From a virus (taxonomy: Duplodnaviria > Heunggongvirae > Uroviricota > Caudoviricetes), in the IMG/VR virus record IMGVR_UViG_3300037313_000650: a stretch of DNA of 31,754 bases; one strand, written 5' to 3'. The position numbers were made by a program, and so were the translations under genes. Under the pieces are notes generated by a model. That model saw only the letters and a list, made by a program, of their open reading frames with translations, was not told the origin of the DNA and did not search any database. Positions 17,008-24,972 of this stretch are shown here, piece by piece; within the stretch, counting starts at the first letter, position 1; each line of letters begins with the position of its first letter.

Positions 17008-17524
17008 ACTCGGTCATACTGGCTGTAATTTTGCATCCATATTTGCTAAAAATCCAGAATGCGTAGGTTGGAAAAGAATAATCAACCCTCTAGGTTTCTC
17101 AATACCAGAGGGTTGTTTCATTTTATCCCTTATTTTTCCAGATAGAGACATTAATTTTGTTCGTAATTGGGCATTAAACAATGGGTTCTTTGAAGAACAG
17201 GTAGCCGAAGGTCTTACTGGACTTAGATTAAAAGTTCCAGAAGGTATCTCTTGGGTACAGTATTTTGGTCCTGATAGTCATGTAAAAACCAGACAAGCAC
17301 CTATGCCTGAATTGTTAATGTGTGTAAAACTACCAGCTAAATACTACTGGAAGGTAGGATTTAAAGGTATATTACACCTTGCTCATGGAGCTATAGATTG
17401 TATTCGTAGTAAGGTGGTAGATAATGTTTGGGATACATCATTTAAACGTACAGCTAAAATATTAGGACATAAACCAACCATTACTGAGGCTGCAAAGACA
17501 ACTTTTAAAAATAAACAATTATGA
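16979..17524 (+). CDS. hypothetical protein
   Basis: 181 aa; GCNFA motif; no firm family. Confidence 0.8.
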   Translation: MKDLNLNWIKLGHTGCNFASIFAKNPECVGWKRIINPLGFSIPEGCFILSLIFPDRDINFVRNWALNNGFFEEQVAEGLTGLRLKVPEGISWVQYFGPDSHVKTRQAPMPELLMCVKLPAKYYWKVGFKGILHLAHGAIDCIRSKVVDNVWDTSFKRTAKILGHKPTITEAAKTTFKNKQL

Positions 17525-17769
17525 AATATTCTAAAGATAGACCTACTGAATTAGTAGGTAAGAAATTTATATATAGTGAAAATGAATATAGGATTATAGA
17601 TTATGATGATAAGAGTAACAAATTTCTTACAAAATATCTAAATGGTATACAAAAAGGTGAAATATTTGAAATGAGTGCTGATCATTATACATTTGGATAT
17701 TTCAATGATGATACTTGGAAAATAATTGAAGAAGAACCTCAAATAAATAATAACTATGATATATTTTGA
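17521..17769 (+). CDS. YEIF-tail protein 6 (WK[IV] family)
   Basis: DDTWKII; ends PQINNNYDIF. Confidence 0.8.
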   Translation: MKYSKDRPTELVGKKFIYSENEYRIIDYDDKSNKFLTKYLNGIQKGEIFEMSADHYTFGYFNDDTWKIIEEEPQINNNYDIF

Positions 17770-18130
17770 TATGATACACGGTAATTATTACTATTACCGC
17801 AATAATAAAAATGAAAATAGTTTAGGCTGGATAATAAAATTTAATGAAATTAAGACTTGTTCTGCTTATTCTGAGGGTCAATCTATTTTTAATTTAGCCT
17901 CTGTTAATCTGGATAATTATGGTAGCTTTTATACAAATGATGAAGGGGGAGATAGTAGATTTCATGATATAAAATCTGATGAATATTATGATCTAAGACC
18001 TGCTACTCCTGATGAAATTAGATATTTGGATGAATGCATAGAGAACGGAAAGAAGGTATTACCTATTCCAATCTTCACTTCTCCAGTTGAAGGTACAATT
18101 AAAATAATTAATGATTATGACATTTTTTGA
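17756..18130 (+). CDS. YEIF-tail protein 7 (RxAT family)
   Basis: LRPATPDEIRYLDECIENGK; ends KIINDYDIF. Confidence 0.85.
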   Translation: MIYFDMIHGNYYYYRNNKNENSLGWIIKFNEIKTCSAYSEGQSIFNLASVNLDNYGSFYTNDEGGDSRFHDIKSDEYYDLRPATPDEIRYLDECIENGKKVLPIPIFTSPVEGTIKIINDYDIF

Positions 18131-18464
18131 CATGGTTTATGGTAATTATTATTACTATAAGAATGATGAAAGTACAATAGCTTACATATTGAAATTCAAT
18201 GAGATACAACCATATAAAAACTACAATTCTTTATATGTTTTAGCTGCTGCTAGTATCAAAGGTTATGATACTTTTATGGATAAGGAAGAAGGTGGTAGTG
18301 ATAGATTTTTGGATATTGGACCGAAGAAAAACTATACATTAAGACCAGCCACTATAAAAGAAATAATGTGGCTTGATGAGTGTATAAAAGAACAAAAATG
18401 GATAAATTATAATCCATCCAAATTACCTGAAAATCAGATAAATAATAATTATGAAATCTACTAA
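18117..18464 (+). CDS. YEIF-tail protein 8 (RxAT family; close paralog of protein 7)
   Basis: MTFFDMVYGNYYYY vs MIYFDMIHGNYYYY; both have EGGxxRFxDI; ends QINNNYEIY. Confidence 0.85.
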   Translation: MTFFDMVYGNYYYYKNDESTIAYILKFNEIQPYKNYNSLYVLAAASIKGYDTFMDKEEGGSDRFLDIGPKKNYTLRPATIKEIMWLDECIKEQKWINYNPSKLPENQINNNYEIY

Positions 18465-18678
18465 ATACAAAGTTGGAGATTATGTAAGAGCTTTAACTAC
18501 TGGTTTTTATGATGATATTGTAGTACCAAATAAGATGTATAAGGTTGCAAGACTAGAGAATGATGGTAGCGGAGTGCATATAGAAATAGATAACTTTTTA
18601 ACTTTATATATGTATAATAGTGAAGTAGAATTAGCTAACAGTCCACAAGAAATAATTGATTCGTATGAAATATACTAA
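18451..18678 (+). CDS. YEIF-tail protein 9 (SH3/KOW-like)
   Basis: KYKVGDYVR...EVEL pattern; ends PQEIIDSYEIY. Confidence 0.8.
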   Translation: MKSTKYKVGDYVRALTTGFYDDIVVPNKMYKVARLENDGSGVHIEIDNFLTLYMYNSEVELANSPQEIIDSYEIY

Positions 18679-18895
18679 AGAAAATATAATCAGTTTAGTA
18701 GTTCAAGCTGGAGAAGGTAAAAATACTTCAAAGTATACAATAGTTGCTCCAATAGATAACACAGACTTTGCACTATGTGATTGTGATGGTGATACATACG
18801 GGAATTATCATTTTTCAGAATTTAAAAAATATATTGAAGAAGGTACGTGGAAAATTGTTGAGCCTGTAATCATTAATTCATACGAAATTTATTAA
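18665..18895 (+). CDS. YEIF-tail protein 10 (WK[IV] family)
   Basis: EEGTWKIV; ends PVIINSYEIY; start at overlapping ATG 18665. Confidence 0.8.
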   Translation: MKYTKENIISLVVQAGEGKNTSKYTIVAPIDNTDFALCDCDGDTYGNYHFSEFKKYIEEGTWKIVEPVIINSYEIY

Positions 18896-18897
18896 TC

Positions 18898-19134
18898 ATG
18901 AGTGAAGAACGCTACATTGGTTACGGACTTCTCCTTGATTTACCTTCAGGAAGAGTAGGATTAGAATTAACACTTAACCAGCTATCAGAACTGTATAAAG
19001 AAGCTGTAGAAAATAATGGTAAGGTGAAGGTTCTAGTCCTACCTGTTAAACCTGAAAATGTAACAGAGTGGAGAACTCATTCAGTTAAGATAGGAGAAAG
19101 CAAATATAAACAGAAACTTATAAAAGAGCATTAA
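18898..19134 (+). CDS. hypothetical protein
   Basis: 78-aa ORF. Confidence 0.75.
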   Translation: MSEERYIGYGLLLDLPSGRVGLELTLNQLSELYKEAVENNGKVKVLVLPVKPENVTEWRTHSVKIGESKYKQKLIKEH

Positions 19135-19135
19135 C

Positions 19136-19540
19136 ATGAAATCAAAGATTGAAATTATTGATGAGACTGTAGCTTATTATAGTGAAGACCCTAATAGAAG
19201 GGCAGTAGTAATGACTACATGTAAGTACCGCACTCCAGATGGTAGAATGTGTGCATTTGGTAGGTGTATGACTGAAGAAAGTTTAGAACTATATGGTGAT
19301 TTTCAAGGTGGTGTTATGAGACTTTTACTTAAATGTTATGACCGTCCACTTTCAGATGTGATTCTCCTAACAACAGTTATTAATACACCATTAAAAGAAG
19401 AATATCAAGGTCATGAGCTTACTTTTTGGACAAATATACAACGCTTACATGATGATTTTGATTACTGGAATTCAGATGGATTAACTGAAGAAGGAAAGGA
19501 ATACGTAGAAGTTATGAAAAATAAATATAAAGGGTTATAA
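19136..19540 (+). CDS. conserved phage protein (CKYRTPDGRMCAFG motif)
   Basis: CxYRxxdGxxCAxG motif recalled from many phage hypotheticals. Confidence 0.85.
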   Translation: MKSKIEIIDETVAYYSEDPNRRAVVMTTCKYRTPDGRMCAFGRCMTEESLELYGDFQGGVMRLLLKCYDRPLSDVILLTTVINTPLKEEYQGHELTFWTNIQRLHDDFDYWNSDGLTEEGKEYVEVMKNKYKGL

Positions 19541-19567
19541 AGAAACATTAACAAAAATAAATTCAAA

Positions 19568-21703
19568 ATGAAACAATTACAGCAAAAGATTCAAGACCAA
19601 CTAAATAAAATGACTTCAACTGGTAAGCTCTTTAGAAGTAGTATATCAGGTTCTGAAGTATGGAACATCTATATACAATCTTTTGAAAATGATCCGATCT
19701 TTCGTGACCCCAACAGTTCTACACATAATTGTAACCTGTGTAATAATTTCATCAGACGATATGGTAATATTGTAGCTGTATCTCCTGAAAATGAAATTAT
19801 GACTATTTGGGATGTAGAAATTGAAGGTGAGTTTGCACCAGTAGTTAAAGCTATCTCAACTAAATTGAAATCAGCTAAGATTCAGGATGTATTTTTTGAG
19901 ACTTATGCTGAACTTAATAGTTTGAACTATGAGAAGTGTAAAAAAACAAATACTGTATTCAGATTGGGTATAGATAAAAATCATAAACAGTATACCAAAG
20001 AAGAAGCTGATAAATTTGGTGTAGTAGAAGAGGGAGAAATCAGAACATTTCATCATCTTCATGTGGATATACCTGCTGCTTTTGTAGATATGAGTGGTGC
20101 TTCAGTAGAAGCTCTTATGGGTAGCTACAGAGATGCTAAGAATGTATTTCAAAGAGCAATGGAAGAGATAAGCATAGATACGTTACAGCTTGTTAGAGAT
20201 TTAATAAATCAAGGTAGTTTACTGGATGGTACAACACATCTATACAAAGTAGAGCAATTCATTCCATTTAAACAACAATATAGTGAGATTGGTAAAAAAG
20301 ATAGAGATAATTGGTGTTGGGCAACTTCTTATAAATTACCTATTGCTAAGTTTAAGAATGAATTGATTGGCGTATTATGTTCTGAACTTTCTGAAGGTAA
20401 GGAACTTAACGAAGCTTGTCAGGCATGGAATAAGCGTGTTGATCCTGCTAATTACATGAAAGCTACTGCACCCATCACCAAAAAGCAAATAGCAGAAGCT
20501 GAAAAATTCGTAGAAGAGAATGGATATGTAGAATCATTTGATAGAAGATTTGCTACAATTGATGATATTAAGGTGAGTGAAATACTTCATGCTAATGTTG
20601 GAGATGGTAAAATTAAGAAAGTCTCTATTTTTGATAACGTAAAGTCTACCTCTACCAGACATAAGAGAAGTGAATTTGATAAAGTGGAAGAAGTGAGTAT
20701 AGAAAAGTTCATGAAAGATATTCTTCCTTCATGTACTTCTATAGAGGCTTTCCTCACTTCTCAACATGAGGGTAATATGGTATCTCTCACTACAGCTAAC
20801 GACAAGAACAGCAAACCTATCTTTAAATGGGATAACAACTATTCTTGGACCTATAATGGTAACTTAGCTGGTAAATCACAGATTAAGCAAGCTGTAAAGG
20901 ATGCTGGTGGTAATGTGGAAGGTGTATTGAATTTTCGTTTAGCTTGGAATGAATCTGGTGAAGATAATTCTGATTTGGACTTGTGGGCTATCGAACCTAA
21001 TGGTGTTAGAATTGGTTTCAGCACACAATACAGAAAAGGTAGACCGGGATATGATCGTAGTTCTATGTCTGGTCAATTAGATGTAGATATTATCAGCCCT
21101 TCTGGTAAATTAGCTGTTGAGAATATTACATGGACTGACTTTAACAAGATGAAAGATGGAGTATATATAGTATATGTAAATCCATATCATGCATCAAATT
21201 CAAAAGGTTTTAAGTTAGAGATTGAATTTGATGGTGAAACATATGTTTATAGTTATGATCGCCCTGTACCTGTAGTATCAAATGTACATATAGCTGAAGT
21301 CACTCTAAAAGATAGGAAGTTTAGTATCAGACACTTACTTCCTGTAGTTGAAGGTACTGGTGCTCAGAAAGAAATCTATGGCTTGGAATCTAACCAATTC
21401 CATAAGGTGAATCTAGTATGTTTGTCTCCTAATCATTGGGAAGGTAACAATGTAGGAAATAAGCATTATTTCTTCATGCTGGAAGGTGCTAAATGTCCTA
21501 TTTCAATTCGTTCTTTCCACAATGAGAACCTGATTCCTGAACTTGCAGCACATAGAAAAGTGTTAGAAGTTCTAGGAGCTACTCATACTATTAAACCTAA
21601 TGGTAAGCAATTATCAGGTTTAGGTTTTAACAGTACTGTAAAGGATGAATTAGTAGTTAGATTAAAAGGTAGTCATTCAAGAGTAATAAAAATCAAATTC
21701 TAA
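19568..21703 (+). CDS. large conserved phage protein with C-terminal YfaP/DUF2135-like domain
   Basis: 711 aa; N-terminal HNCNLCNNFIRRYG (CxxC); C-terminal DLDLWAIEPNG and GQLDVD...AVENITW match the DUF2135-type pattern. Confidence 0.8.
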   Translation: MKQLQQKIQDQLNKMTSTGKLFRSSISGSEVWNIYIQSFENDPIFRDPNSSTHNCNLCNNFIRRYGNIVAVSPENEIMTIWDVEIEGEFAPVVKAISTKLKSAKIQDVFFETYAELNSLNYEKCKKTNTVFRLGIDKNHKQYTKEEADKFGVVEEGEIRTFHHLHVDIPAAFVDMSGASVEALMGSYRDAKNVFQRAMEEISIDTLQLVRDLINQGSLLDGTTHLYKVEQFIPFKQQYSEIGKKDRDNWCWATSYKLPIAKFKNELIGVLCSELSEGKELNEACQAWNKRVDPANYMKATAPITKKQIAEAEKFVEENGYVESFDRRFATIDDIKVSEILHANVGDGKIKKVSIFDNVKSTSTRHKRSEFDKVEEVSIEKFMKDILPSCTSIEAFLTSQHEGNMVSLTTANDKNSKPIFKWDNNYSWTYNGNLAGKSQIKQAVKDAGGNVEGVLNFRLAWNESGEDNSDLDLWAIEPNGVRIGFSTQYRKGRPGYDRSSMSGQLDVDIISPSGKLAVENITWTDFNKMKDGVYIVYVNPYHASNSKGFKLEIEFDGETYVYSYDRPVPVVSNVHIAEVTLKDRKFSIRHLLPVVEGTGAQKEIYGLESNQFHKVNLVCLSPNHWEGNNVGNKHYFFMLEGAKCPISIRSFHNENLIPELAAHRKVLEVLGATHTIKPNGKQLSGLGFNSTVKDELVVRLKGSHSRVIKIKF

Positions 21704-21918
21704 TGGGAAAAATTGTTTCAATTACAGAAAAAACACCAGTATCAGCAACATTACCTGATGGTAACTATGTAGGTATATGGGGTGGTAACATCATTGAACT
21801 AAAATATAATAATAAAACTTACGAATTAGAAACAGAAGTAGGTGTTAGGGGTATAGGTTATCATGTTGTAGTGATTGTTAAAGATGGTGAAGCCACATTT
21901 CAAGAACTAAAAAATTAA
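21703..21918 (+). CDS. hypothetical protein
   Basis: 71 aa, TAATG coupled. Confidence 0.75.
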   Translation: MGKIVSITEKTPVSATLPDGNYVGIWGGNIIELKYNNKTYELETEVGVRGIGYHVVVIVKDGEATFQELKN

Positions 21919-21943
21919 ATTCTAATTTTAAAATCAAAACAAA

Positions 21944-22330
21944 ATGGACAATTTCAAAAAAGCCAGCCAATTAAAGCTAAGATTTGTAACAAACAAAGGT
22001 GTATTATCAGTTGAACAATTGTGGGACTTAACCCCAACTCAATTAGCTACATTAGTTCGTTCTATTAAGGAAGAATTAAAAAGTGCTAATGTGGATGATG
22101 AACTATCCTTCCTGAGCGATAGTATCCCAACAAAAGGAGATATTGAAAATCAACTCCGTTTTGAGATTGCAAAAGAAGTATACCTAGCTAAGAAAGCTGA
22201 AGCTGAAGAATTGAGAGATGCTAAAGCTAAGAAAGAACACAATCAGAAGATTCTTGCTCTGATTCAAGAGAAGAAGGAAGGTGAACTGAAGAATAAAAGT
22301 ATTGAAGAATTAGAAGCACTTCTTAAATAA
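21944..22330 (+). CDS. conserved phage coiled-coil protein (KLRF..KG.LSVEQLWDL)
   Basis: 128 aa; family recalled as a neighbour of the 711-aa protein type. Confidence 0.85.
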   Translation: MDNFKKASQLKLRFVTNKGVLSVEQLWDLTPTQLATLVRSIKEELKSANVDDELSFLSDSIPTKGDIENQLRFEIAKEVYLAKKAEAEELRDAKAKKEHNQKILALIQEKKEGELKNKSIEELEALLK

Positions 22331-22339
22331 TTGATTATC

Positions 22340-22370
22340 AGGGTGGTGTAGAAATACATCACCCTTTTTT
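22340..22370 (+). terminator. intrinsic terminator
   Basis: agggtggtgta-GAAA-tacatcaccct-ttttt. Confidence 0.9.
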
Positions 22371-22382
22371 AAACTTTTTACA

Positions 22383-22661
22383 ATGGAAACAGCAATAGAA
22401 ATAGCAATTAAATATGCTGAAGATAATATAAAAGCTTGTAAAGATGGTACTATGATGAGTTTTGGTGAAGCTATTTGGGGTGAAAATGCTTGGATAGAAA
22501 TAAGAAGATACCTAACAGGTTTATTACCTACAGAAAGATTTAAACTTGAAAAAGCCTTCGAAGCTGGAAGTCACTGGAATGAAAAGTATAATAAATATAC
22601 TGATGATTCTATAAAAGTTCCTGATTTTAAAAAATATTACGAAGAAACTTATGCAAAATAA
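22383..22661 (+). CDS. hypothetical protein
   Basis: 92-aa ORF. Confidence 0.8.
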   Translation: METAIEIAIKYAEDNIKACKDGTMMSFGEAIWGENAWIEIRRYLTGLLPTERFKLEKAFEAGSHWNEKYNKYTDDSIKVPDFKKYYEETYAK

Positions 22662-23106
22662 ATCTATACTCCTTATAGGTCAGGCTTTACCTAGAGTGAA
22701 ACAACACGTACCATATGATAGTACTATGTTATATGAATGGTTGGAAGAATGCGGTGTATCTATGGAACAGGCACAAGATATATTTGATTTTGATGCTGTT
22801 TATGATAAATTCCCCGGCTATAATGTAAAAGGTGGTCACGCTACACCAACCTATGAACAGATGTTAGAATATTATAATAGATCATTGAGGGAGAAGATCA
22901 CTAAATATAACAAAATAATCATATTAGGAAATGTTGCAAAAATGTTTTTACTTTCTACCAATTCTCTATTGGGAAAGCACATACTGTATTTAATTCACCC
23001 TTCCAGACTAAATTTCAATCTGTATCAGAGGAACAAAGAAACAATTATTTCTAATCTGAAACAGTTTATTCATGAAGACATTTACCATCCACATCACCTT
23101 CAGTAA
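22651..23106 (+). CDS. uracil-DNA glycosylase-like superfamily protein
   Basis: ILLIGQAL (motif A-like), IIILGNVA, LIHPS (motif B) as in family 4/5-type UDG folds. Confidence 0.7.
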   Translation: MQNKSILLIGQALPRVKQHVPYDSTMLYEWLEECGVSMEQAQDIFDFDAVYDKFPGYNVKGGHATPTYEQMLEYYNRSLREKITKYNKIIILGNVAKMFLLSTNSLLGKHILYLIHPSRLNFNLYQRNKETIISNLKQFIHEDIYHPHHLQ

Positions 23107-23242
23107 GGGGAATCAGTTAATCTTCTACAATGTACAAGCTTCTACAGAAGAAGAAGCTATTCAATTAGTAGTGAAACTAATTAAAGGAAAACAAATCTAC
23201 AAAATTTCTGCTGAAGAGGATAAAAAAGTATTGGAAGTATAA
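23072..23242 (+). CDS. small hypothetical protein (56 aa)
   Basis: Read manually: MKTFTIHITF...VQASTEEEAIQLV. Confidence 0.65.
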   Translation: MKTFTIHITFSKGNQLIFYNVQASTEEEAIQLVVKLIKGKQIYKISAEEDKKVLEV

Positions 23243-23288
23243 AAACTATTTATTAACATTGCAAAACTAAAACCGCTATTTAGAAACT

Positions 23289-23465
23289 ATGAGTAAGTAT
23301 TCCGAACCACAAGTTGTAAGAGAACTAGTACAAAAACAAGACATTGAGATTAAAGGTAAGATGATTATTATTGATAACAACAAAGGAGATATTGGTATCA
23401 ACTCTAAAGGAAAGATTGACTTCCTGACAAGATACTGCGGTTACTTTATTACTATAGCTAAGTAA
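23289..23465 (+). CDS. small hypothetical protein (58 aa)
   Basis: Read manually: MSKYSEPQVVREL...GKIDFLTRYCGYFITIAK. Confidence 0.7.
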   Translation: MSKYSEPQVVRELVQKQDIEIKGKMIIIDNNKGDIGINSKGKIDFLTRYCGYFITIAK

Positions 23466-23511
23466 CCTCCATTGGTGCTTACGGGGATTTGTATTTACTT
23501 ATCCCCTTTTA

Positions 23512-23543
23512 TTTGGCAATTTCAAGAAAATATCCTATATTTA
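23512..23543 (+). promoter_or_regulatory. Bacteroidota-type promoter for tmRNA
   Basis: TTTG-N20-TATATTTA, ending 11 nt before the tmRNA 5' end. Confidence 0.7.
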
Positions 23544-23554
23544 AATCTTAATAT

Positions 23555-24052
23555 GGGGGTGTAAGGAATTGATTCACAGTAATAGGTAAATACACAGGTA
23601 AGAGTATCTAGTCCTCGCAATGCTAGGTAATAATAAATGCAGAAACTGAGCTTTCTGATATGACTTTCGATAGCTTAATGGCTTTCGTAGGTGCTGAAAA
23701 AGTAGCTGCTTAGTAGCCCTACTATTCAGTGGAGATGTAGCTAAGGCTTTTCCTCCCTTGGGGTTTGATTTAACCTTGCAACAGAATAAATCAGTAGAGG
23801 GACTCCCTTAACAGTTAAGGCTGACCTTAAGCACTCTACTTAAAATACTATTGTATATAGGGGGTGAAGCAATAGAAACCAGAGGGGAAACTGTAAAGTC
23901 ACCGGGATTGTTGTAAGTATATGTCCAAATGATAACAGAACTTTCAAAACTACGGTGCAGGTATTAAATATTAGTTTAATATCAGTACTAAACCTGTAAG
24001 TGCGTATTTATTGTATTCTGGAGAAGACAGGGCTTCGATGCCCTCACCTCCA
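23555..24052 (+). ncRNA. ssrA: tmRNA
   Basis: Acceptor stem GGGGGTG/CACCTCC-A with G3:U Ala determinant; GGAATTGA after the 5' stem; helix 2 (taaatac/gtattta, acaggt/acctgt); ACTAAACCTGTA; T-arm agggc-ttcgat-gccct; resume context AATAAAT-GCA; tag ORF 23639-23713 AETELSDMTFDSLMAFVGAEKVAA*. Confidence 0.95.
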
Positions 24053-24080
24053 CAATTTTTTCCTACACATCCACAAATAT

Positions 24081-24111
24081 TTTACTATATTTAGTATAGT
24101 TTGTATATTTG
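24081..24111 (+). promoter_or_regulatory. Bacteroidota-type promoter, probably leaderless endonuclease transcript
   Basis: TTTA-N19-TATATTTG ending 4 nt before the ATG at 24116. Confidence 0.55.
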
Positions 24112-24115
24112 TGGT

Positions 24116-24667
24116 ATGAAGAAATATAAATATAAGAGAAAGTTGGTAGAAATAGAATGTGATTATTGTGGGAACATTCATACCAAACCTGAGAGTGAAT
24201 ATAATAGGAATAAAATAAAAGGGAGAAAAAATTACTGTAGCAGAAGTTGCTGCGGTAAGGTAACAATTAAACAAAATATTCCTAAAGAGAGTATAGTATG
24301 GGAACATCTTAAAGGTATTAATAGAAGAGATAAATATACAGGATTTAGAGAGCATATAAGAAGAATTCATAATAGACATAAGAAAATTGAATTGACCTTA
24401 GATGATTTACTGGAGCAATGGAATAAGCAAAATGGTAAATGTATTTATAGTGGTGTAACTTTAACAAATCCTATTAGTACAAGAAATTATTATAATAATC
24501 CTATATGTACAGCTTCTTTAGACAGAGTTGATAGTTCAAAAGGTTATACTAAAGATAATATTCAATTCATAAGTTATTCTATGAATTATATGAAAAATAA
24601 CATGACTCATGAACAAACTATTGACTTGTGTAAAATAATTTGTAACTTTTGGGATAAAAAAGATTAA
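24116..24667 (+). CDS. freestanding HNH-superfamily (beta-beta-alpha-metal) homing endonuclease
   Basis: N-terminal CDYC...YCSRSC Zn finger; C-terminal QNGKCIYSG...SLDRVDSSKGYTKDNIQFISYSMNYMKN, the DRxD HNH variant. Confidence 0.8.
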   Translation: MKKYKYKRKLVEIECDYCGNIHTKPESEYNRNKIKGRKNYCSRSCCGKVTIKQNIPKESIVWEHLKGINRRDKYTGFREHIRRIHNRHKKIELTLDDLLEQWNKQNGKCIYSGVTLTNPISTRNYYNNPICTASLDRVDSSKGYTKDNIQFISYSMNYMKNNMTHEQTIDLCKIICNFWDKKD

Positions 24668-24675
24668 ATGATATA

Positions 24676-24830
24676 AAAATAGGAAGTGTGCCGTAGGTAT
24701 TATTAACGTTTATCGGGAAGCCTACAAGTGCTTAATATCCTTCCTATTTTAAATTATTAGGTATAGATGGTGTATGGAGTTTGATTAACCCACTATGGAA
24801 TGATTAGTAAACAGCCTCACACTATACCTA
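24676..24830. other. two adjacent long imperfect hairpins in an ORF-free gap
   Basis: aaaataggaag/cttcctatttt with inner gtaggt/gcctac; taggtatag/ctataccta with inner gtgt/acac and gttt/aaac. Confidence 0.55.
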
Positions 24831-24902
24831 AAGCTTATCAGATTTTGCCATTTGATAGCTAACCAGCCGCTTTAGTGCTGAAAATTCACATGAGAGAAAG
24901 TT

Positions 24903-24934
24903 AACCCCTTGATAGGAATATCAGGGGGTTTTTT
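24903..24934 (+). terminator. intrinsic terminator
   Basis: aaccccttgata-GGAA-tatcagggggtt plus T-run. Confidence 0.85.
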
Positions 24935-24972
24935 AATTTTGTTAAACATTTTCTAATTATAAATCAAACAAA

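Noticed and set aside
14283-18895. Tag-encoding repeats as a CRISPR array or DNA direct repeats
   Set aside because: Spacing is 200-1500 nt, copies are degenerate at synonymous positions, and all lie in-frame at gene ends. No cas genes are present.
23555-24055. Standalone tRNA-Ala at the GGGGGTG or TTCGA sites
   Set aside because: The two halves are about 490 nt apart and flank a tag ORF, so this is tmRNA. No complete tRNA was found in the window.
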